This document shows positions 55,784-64,000 of a DNA stretch of 64,000 nucleotides, in pieces; position 1 is the first letter of the stretch; every line of letters starts with the position of its first letter. The position numbers and the translations under genes are program-made. The DNA comes from Saccostrea echinata (Eukaryota), in assembly GCF_033153115.1 (NCBI RefSeq), contig NW_026889761.1:24428001-24492000 (forward strand). Direction: 5' to 3'. The notes under the pieces were generated by a model. It saw only the letters and a list, made by a program, of their open reading frames with translations. It was not told the DNA's origin and did no database searches.

Positions 55784-56388
55784 TCTAATACTATAATAAT
55801 AAAAACTTTATTACAAAACAAAGTTAATTTCCTTGAATTTCAATATACAGTAAAACACCTAATTAGCAAACACTTATTCCAATCACAACTTGAGAAAAAA
55901 ATCCCTACATTTTTGTAACACTGTAGGCCAAGGAATTATAAAGAGAAACATATCAGAAACCCTTGGCTAGTGAAGATGTATACATTAGAAATGCAACATG
56001 AAAAGGAAATTGTATCTTGCTTCTTTGTTTAAAAGATTAAGATAAAAGAGTAATAGTAAGGTCAAGGTCACAATTAAGGTAGGTTACGGTCAGAAAATTA
56101 TGACAGTTTTTAATAGCTCTCACAAATATATGTTTATAAAAGTATATGAAGTTTGATAAAAATATCTTCAATAGTTTCCTTGAAACTGATATTTAAATGC
56201 AACTAGTAAAGTCAAAGGTCACAAGGAAGGTCAAGGAAAGGTATTAAAAAAATTAACAGTTGACAAGTTTTCACAAATATCTAAAATTAAGAAAAATATA
56301 AGGGTCAAAGGAAAGGTCAAGGTCAAAATCTTTTTTTTGTTGAGTACCTCTCATCAATATGTGTCAGCATATGAAGTTTGACATACCC

Positions 56389-56390
<2 letters not shown>

Positions 56391-56436
<46 letters not shown>

Positions 56437-56501
56437 ATTTTGTCTGTAGTCCGTCCATCCGTCTAGCTGTCCGTCCATCTGTAAACTTTTCACATTTTTG
56501 A

Positions 56502-56574
<73 letters not shown>

Positions 56575-57798
56575 ATTTGTTCAAATGAAGGGCCATGCCC
56601 TCATTCAAGGGGAGATAATTCAGAAATAGTGAAAATTTGGTGGCATATTTTAAAAATTTTCTCCAGAACCACTGGCCCAAAAAAGTTGAAACTTATAGGA
56701 AACCTTTATTATATAGTGTAGATTCAAGTTTGTTCAAATCATGACCCCTGGGGGTAGGGTGGGGCCACAATGGGGGATCAAAGTTTCCTATAGGAATATA
56801 TAGGAAAATATCTTTAAAAATCTTCTTCTCAAGAACAGCAAAGCCATGATTGGTCATATTGATATGGAAGCATCCTCAGGTATTGTAGATTCAAGTTTGT
56901 TCAAATCATGACTCCCGGGGGTTGGGTGGGGTCACAATGGGGGATCAAAGTTTTACATTGAAATATATAGAAAAATATCTTTAAAAAATCTTCTTCTCAA
57001 GAACAGCAAAGCCATGATTTGTCATATTAATATGGAAGCATCCTCAGGTATTGTAGATTCAAGTTTTTTTTTCAAATCATGACCTCTGGGGTTAGGGTGG
57101 GGCCACAATGGGGGTTCAAAGTTTTACATAGGAATATATAGGAAAATACTTTAAAAAATATTCTTCTCAAGAACAGCAAAGCCTTGTCTAGTCATATTGA
57201 TATGTAAGCATCCTCAGGTAGTATAGATTCAAATTTGTTCAAATTATGACCCCTGGGGGTAGGGTGGGGCCACAAGGGGGGATCAAAGTTTTACATAGAA
57301 ATATAGGAAAAAACTTTAAAAATCTTCTTCTCAAGAACAACAAAGCCAAGTTTAGTCACGTTGATAAGGAAGCATTCTCAGATAATGTAGATTCAAGTTT
57401 GTTCGAATCATGACCCCCGGGGGTAGGGTGGGGTCATAATGAGGGATCAAAGTTTTACATAGGAATATAAAGGAAAAAAATCTTTCTATCAAGAACAGCA
57501 AAGCCATGTTTAGTCATATTGATATGGAAGCATCCTCGGGTAGTTTAAATTAAAGTTTATTCAAATGATTACCCCTGGGGGTAGGGAGGGACCACAATGG
57601 GGTGTCAAATTTTTACAAAGGAATATAAATATAGGAAAAAAATCTTTAAAAATATTCTTCTCAAGAACAGCAAAGCCATTTGTTATATTGATATGGAAGT
57701 ATCCTCACATAGTTTAAAATTCAAGCTCCCCCCCCCCCCCCATCCCCGGTAAACTTTTCAATACTGAATTGATTTGTGCTTTTTCTTAGCCATTGTGC

Positions 57799-57829
<31 letters not shown>

Positions 57830-57830
57830 C
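56391..57830 (+). mobile_element. HINE-like element carrying about 6 copies of a ~168-bp (Cg170-like) satellite
   Basis: 5' box ttttagctcacctgagctgaaagctcaagtgagct, GTCC microsatellite, tandem units, 3' box tgagcgatgtggcccatgggcctcttgtt. Confidence 0.88.
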
Positions 57831-59850
57831 TAAGCATAACCATTTTCTGTTGAAAATATTTGAAAAGTTGGTTACTCTTATCCCACACTTTTTGTTTCAG
57901 TACAGTCAAACCAGGGCAATGTGTAATGTAATTTTCAAGTCTGGACAATTTCCTTCTTTTAATTTTGCTTTCCAGTTTTTTTTTCAAGTAAGTTATCATA
58001 ATTTTTCATTCCCTCCCCCAAAATAGGTTTTTCATGTCTGGACAATTTTCCTTTTTTAATTTGTTGAAAATTTTAATTTTAAATTATTATTATTATTTTC
58101 ATTGCTTTTCACAGTTTCATTAAATGAGTTTTCATATTTCTTCCTAGCTGCCCCCACCCTCCTGATACTACATGTGTCTGCATCTAAAAATGCAACTCTA
58201 GAATAATTATGCACGGCACTACATGGCCAATGATGACTTTTGTTATTATTTGTTATAAAACAAACATGTTTTGGACACCTGAAATTTATTTAGAATGGAA
58301 GAAGAAATTTACATCCCCCAAGAGCATGCATAGTCGACATTTCCCGCCATAATTGCACCTTTATTTAAACCGTATAAAGCACACAAAACTAATAAATAAC
58401 TTTGTTATACCTTTAAAAATTAGTTTCTATATAAATCTATACTAAAAAAAGTCTGACATTTCAATGTTTTACTGAGCGGGCATAAAAAAATCGATGTTTG
58501 CCCACAGATCAAGATATTGGACCTGTCAGCAAGATATTGGACCGCTGTGGGGGGTATTTTACGTCACGCTTAATTTGCATTCGTTATTATCCGCAGTTTT
58601 GGCGGAATTATACGACACGAGTCCATTTGTATTCGACAGTTACGAAACTGACCAAGTTAAATCCGCATTGTGGATAATTGAAATTAACATTTAAATTTTG
58701 TCATCTGCATTGCAATCATGGAAGGAAATGGAAGGTTTGCTTCATATAATGACGAAGAAATTGAAAACATAATGGAAAACCGGGATAGCAGCAATACGAA
58801 AAATGTGGTGAAAGTGGCTGAAAGAATTTTGTCGGAATACCTAGCCCACAAGTACGAATCCACCGTTGAAATTTTTTTTAATGGAAAAAGCAGGAACGAA
58901 GCTGCCGAATTTCTAATTTTTTATTGTGAAGTTCGAAAAAGAGATGGTACAATATATGCGAGATCTACAATGATAGCAATGCGATTTGGATAACAGAGAG
59001 TTTTTCTAAAATCTTACAAGTGAGACATCATAAATGACAGTGATTTTAAAGGCGCTAACGACATGTTCAGTGCTTGTTTGGTGAAAATAAAGAAGGAAGG
59101 TATCCAAACAGAACATAAAACACTGATTTCTGATGCCAATATGAAAAAACTTTACTAATCTAATGTATTTGATACAACTACACCCAGAACTTTACAACAA
59201 AAGGTATTTTTTGAAATCATGATGTTTTTTTGCAATCGGGGACGAGAGAATCTACGCAATATGAAACCAACGGATTTCCAAATTCGTGCAGATTCGGAGG
59301 GGAGGAGATATGTCGGAAGCAACGTGTCCAGGCTTACTAAAAATCATTGTGAAGCTATAGAAGACCATGACAATACGGCTGCTAGAATGTACGAAAAACC
59401 CGGTAAGTTTTTTTTTTTAACTTGGGTTGGAACTGTATCAGAGGCCCCTATAATTCTTAACGGTAAATTTCAAATAAACTGATAAAACCTACCCACTCTT
59501 TATGAAAACATGTAAATATATAACTTGTGTTTTTGTACAAAAGGGGGGGGGGGGGGTAATCTAGGGCTTTTTTATAAAACAAAAAATCAGGTGCCTGTGA
59601 CTTTATTCAACCACGTATATTTTCATTATAAAAACAGTTAATTGAGGCATTGTTTAATTACAGGTAATCCAGCATGTCTCGTCAGCAGTTTTGAGAAGTA
59701 CATATCGAAGCTAAATCCAGCGTGTGAGACCTAAAAAAATGTGGCGGATCAAGCAGGAGTCTGGTATGACAACATGGTTGTGGGAAAAAATACCCTGGGC
59801 TGTATGATGGCGACAATAAGTAAAGATGCCAACTTATCTTTTGTTTATAC

Positions 59851-62800
59851 GGCTAATTGTATTTGGCGCATCGGCGCGCTCGCGCAATAGATTTTGTTTA
59901 TTAAATAAATTATCGCTTATACAATTCTGTTAGCATCGGGCGCGATATCATAAATAATCAAAGTACTGAGAAAAACAGAGAGCCGGGCCCATTTACATAT
60001 GTACAGAGAAGTGAACAAGACCGTTTTACATGAAACATACATTGTAATTACAGATGAATAACAACTAGACACTGGAAGAATATGTAACACATAAAAATAT
60101 ATTTATGGTATATAGTATGAATAAAAAATGTTTAAGAAAAAATTAAATAAAATGCAGTTTGAATTTAACAGCGTAAACAATTTATCACATGCATCGTTTT
60201 GGGGTCTAACATCGCTTACAGAAGTAAATAAACATTGATGCAGCAAGGTCAAACATTTATACACAGACGGGTCCTTAGCGGGGAGTTTTGCATAAAGGTG
60301 TGCATCGGGTCACGTGCTCCCCGCATTAGTGTTAGCCTGGTAACAGAACCTTTATTTATAGAATGTGAAGCTGGCAGACTTGATGAAATTACCTTTCGCA
60401 TTTTTTAGACAAATAATTCATTGAAGAAAAGGGGAGAAAGAGTATTACCATTATTTTCTTTTCTTTTTTTTTTTTTTTTTTTTTGGAGAATTTTTTAGTT
60501 AACTTAAATTTGTTTAATTAAGTGTTTGTATTGCTTCAAAGGTGGTTGAGCATACGTACTATATTCTTACTCGTATTTAATTTGGCGGTGAGGAAGCAGC
60601 ATTTCCGGTTGAACACCGTAACATAAGCCGGCTATTGCTATACGAGCAATGAGCCCGGCTAAAAAGAGAAAGTTTCATAGATGGAATTATGTTTTTGAAG
60701 CTTCAACATCATTATTTAACTGCCTGTGGTTTCTTTTATTCATGGCCACTAATTAAGGTACTCCGATCCTCAGGTTCTGAAATTCAACTTTTAAGTAATT
60801 GAAATTGCTCACAAAAATGTCTCTGATTTCACATAGTAACGTGAATTTACCCATGGAATTTCTTCAAAGTTCATCATTATAGTTAATCATATCATATAGG
60901 GAAAATTATGAAATCTTAAACATATTTTCAAGAAATGCGAATAAAAACACCAGCTATGCATTTTCTAATTGAAAATTGATCAACAAATATAATTTAGGAT
61001 AGGAAAATATAGGTATCCAGGCATTTGGAGAAAATTGCATCATTTTTATGCTTATACAGTATTTTAATTCTTCTTTTTACTTCAATCGTCATATAATACA
61101 TAGTGTAAAAAGCTTGTGCTATCATTGCTAGACATCAAATATCACATCTAATTTCATATTATACTAATAAGCAATCGTATCTAATGCTAGACTAAAGGAA
61201 ATTCGATTTCTCTAAAAATGAATTTATTTTTTTTTTCTTTTATGGGATACAGATGTCAACTTTTTACAATATCGTTTCTAAGACTTCAAAGAACCTTGAA
61301 ACATATTAAGATGCATAAAATGAAAATTGTTGCACGAAAAGATCTTAATTTCAAGCTTCATTTTGAGACTTTTTAAATAAAATAATGAATTTAAGAGTTA
61401 TCCTTCCTGGCTGAGGATTGGATATCCTTAATACAGTAAATACACTGGTTTTATCAATTTTCATTGGCATCAATTTTTGTGCAATCAGCGAATGACTCAG
61501 TATTTCGTGAACACAGGTCATTATAAAACTTTTTGATATGCTTCTTACTCTAATGACCATCAAATTCTATTTTAATTTTCACTCTGCAAAACACAAAACC
61601 ACAAAAATTAATGTTTAAAGAATGTTGATGGAACCATTGTACATGTATTTTATATGACTGGATTTTTAATGAGATAAATGGTTGAGAAGACTACAATATG
61701 GAGGCAGGACTTTATGTATACTGGCACATGATCTGTAGTGCAAATGATCTGTTTAGGTTTACAGGCCAGTCATTTCTGTAACTAAAGTTACCCCCCCTCC
61801 TGAAATAAAGACAAGTTAATTTTTAATAGTAGTATTATTTTAATACGTAACAAGGAATCTTTGTCAAACACTGATACCAATCAAGTCTCTAAAAAGGGGG
61901 TTAAACTCTAGAGTCTAGGGTCATTACGTAATACCGGTAAATTTTTGTGATACATAATGATATATATATATACGAAGGTTGTCAAAAAGTTCGTGGACAA
62001 ATGCTTAAATTTCTTTATAAAGTCCGCAATGGCAAACATGTATGATAATATCTTAATATAGACCATGATTGAGTAAATATACAAAAATTAAACAATGCAC
62101 ACTATTTACTGAACATTATAGGTGTAAATACTTTGTATATGCAAGTTGCACGGGCCAGTCTGACGTAACGCTTATTTCATGACAACGTCAGAAATATGAA
62201 TTTTGGATTTTTATCGCATGTTCATAGACGCACGCTATTTTTCTTTATTATGCCACATTGCCAAATGTGTGCAATAAAATTTATGTATAGATTAATTATA
62301 ATTAATTTAAATTTTAAAATTCAAAACAATACACAATAATTTACGAGCGTCATCAATATGAACACTTCGTAAACACAGGATGCACAGCCCAGCCCAACGG
62401 CGTTATATTTATAACAACGTCATGAATAGGAATATATCCTATTTTCATCAAATAACAGTGGTTTTCCACTTCTTGTATGTCTCCAGAATTTTACACACCG
62501 TTGAAAAATCGTTTTCACCAATTACAAATCACTAGACTAAATATTTTCCAATAAATTTAAGTTGTTTGAATAAATATTTTGTTTTTGATGACGTTTCAAC
62601 CATATTAACCATAATTGTATGATTGGACGCTGTCCCGTTAGGATGGCCGACGTCGCTTTTTCTGTCAATTTTTGAAACATACTTCTTGCGGTTTTCACTT
62701 AATATTTTCATTGTCTATTTAGTAAGCGATACTAAAGGTATCAGAAAATGGCGATAACCGTTTTATTTGTGATATATTAAATTTTTATTCAGCTTTGACT

Positions 62801-63042
62801 CGTTTTAAAAAGAAAATGATCATTTCAATCAGATCACTTTATTTAAAAGTTCATGGCATTTTAACCCTGGTCAGTGCGCACTATCGGCGACCTTTTTACA
62901 AAAATATAACGTTCAAACAATAAAAATCAAACTATTCTGACTTGGATTTTCATAACTAATATTTTGGTATACAATAAGCATATCTTGAACCATTCATTTT
63001 GACAAAAACGCCCTTGTCCACGAACTGTTTGGACAACCCTTG

Positions 63043-63078
<36 letters not shown>

Positions 63079-63452
63079 TATTGAAAGTAGGCCAACTCAA
63101 AAAATTGGGGTAAAATTCGGATTACTCTAGCACAAATTGTGGTAAGGCATGCAAGGATCAAAGGGGATCCAGATCCAAACTGACATAGAAAAATTACTAA
63201 AGCTATGCCTCGGACCTCTTTCCCTTGCGATTTGAGCCAACACCTCCTAGGGAAAAATTTCTGGATCCACCCAACAAAAAATTACAATCGGGCTCGGGCT
63301 GTCGACTTGAATATAAGCGATAATGCTTAAATTATTGAGAAAATCGATGTCATTTGAGTGTTTTAATGCAAGGAGAAAATACTTATGTGATATTAGGATG
63401 AGATGGACGAGATGGACGCGCTGGCGCGCCGACGCGCCGAATACAATTAGCC
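59851..63452. mobile_element. 3.6-kb non-autonomous TIR transposon with 8-bp TSD inside the Crypton ORF
   Basis: TIR GGCTAATTGTATTTGGCGCATCGGCGCGC vs GCGCGCCGACGCGCCGAATACAATTAGCC. TSD GTTTATAC at 59843-59850 and 63453-63460. Excision restores the reading frame. Confidence 0.9.
61973..63042. mobile_element. Mariner-like MITE inserted in a (TA)n tract, nested in the 3.6-kb element
   Basis: Imperfect TIRs CGAAGGTTGTCAAAAAGTTCGTGGACAA / TTGTCCACGAACTGTTTGGACAACCCTTG, with TA runs on both sides. Confidence 0.8.
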
Positions 63453-64000
63453 GTTTATACTAATCATTGCATCAGGGCCACGTGTATTACCTTACTTGAC
63501 GAGAGTGGATATGAGGGTAGACACATCATCGGAATATCTAAACATAAGTCAGAGACGAGTCTTAAGCATTATTCTTCACATCTCAGTGAAAATAAGATCC
63601 ATGGCATGTCCAACGCTTTGTCCGAAAAAATTCTTCCCCAGACTGTGACCGTCACCGAGAAAACAACACTCACTGAGCAGACAACTTCGGAAGAATCTGT
63701 GTTAAGTTTGAGTGACCTTGATTTATTAGAAATACCAATGCTGCCTACAAACCTCAATTCCCCATATGAGAAAAATGCGCAAAAACAAGACTTTAATTCG
63801 TGCAACTTCAACCAGTGTACCATTGTCTTTAACAAATACACAAACTTAATTAGTTTCATTATGTGTTCATAATTCTGAGTACTTTTTTTCACCTGTTTAA
63901 AATAAAGTTTAATGGCAAGTAAATTGTGCTTTATTTATTAAATATGTTGTAATAAAAAGTGAAAGGTATAACAAAACATTTATTGACTAGTTTCTCAGGC

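Larger units (their letters stand above)
58718..63872 (+). pseudogene. Crypton-type (DUF3504/ZMYM-KCTD1-related) tyrosine recombinase pseudogene
   Basis: Motifs RFASY..EEI, NTK, EVRKRDG..Y, LQQKVFFEIMMFFCNRGRENLRNM (catalytic R). GT-AG intron 59403-59663, then SFEKYISKLNP and WYDNMVVGKNTLG. After removing the insert: YTNHCIRATCIT (HxxR), SKHKSETSLKHY (H, Y). Several in-frame stops and a frameshift. Confidence 0.9.

Noticed and set aside
62493-62503. Partial ACACACCGTT motif
   Set aside because: Only 10 nt, inside a MITE, with no equivalent hairpin; likely chance.

Overview
AT-rich, repeat-dense animal genomic DNA. The repeat repertoire (Helentron-type non-autonomous elements carrying ~168-bp satellite arrays, Deu/Nin-domain SINEs) suggests an oyster-like bivalve; this is an inference. 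Most ORFs in the track are spurious. Supported content: (1) first coding exon of an NHS/GUK-holder-like WAVE-homology-domain gene (minus strand, 11707-11986); (2) a Tc1/mariner transposase split by a foldback element; (3) a Crypton-type tyrosine recombinase pseudogene with two levels of nested insertions; (4) many SINEs, MITEs, HINEs and minisatellites. (5) The most notable part is a minus-strand locus (~21.3-55.8 kb) with a small two-exon ORF and about 25 duplicated, apparently non-coding exons with intact splice sites. It carries two families of covarying hairpins ~20 kb apart whose loops are exact reverse complements (AACGGUGUGUGC x3 versus GCACACACCGUU x2), a candidate multivalent long-range kissing-loop RNA system. 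Assembly gaps lie at about 44480-44629 and 44782-44921.
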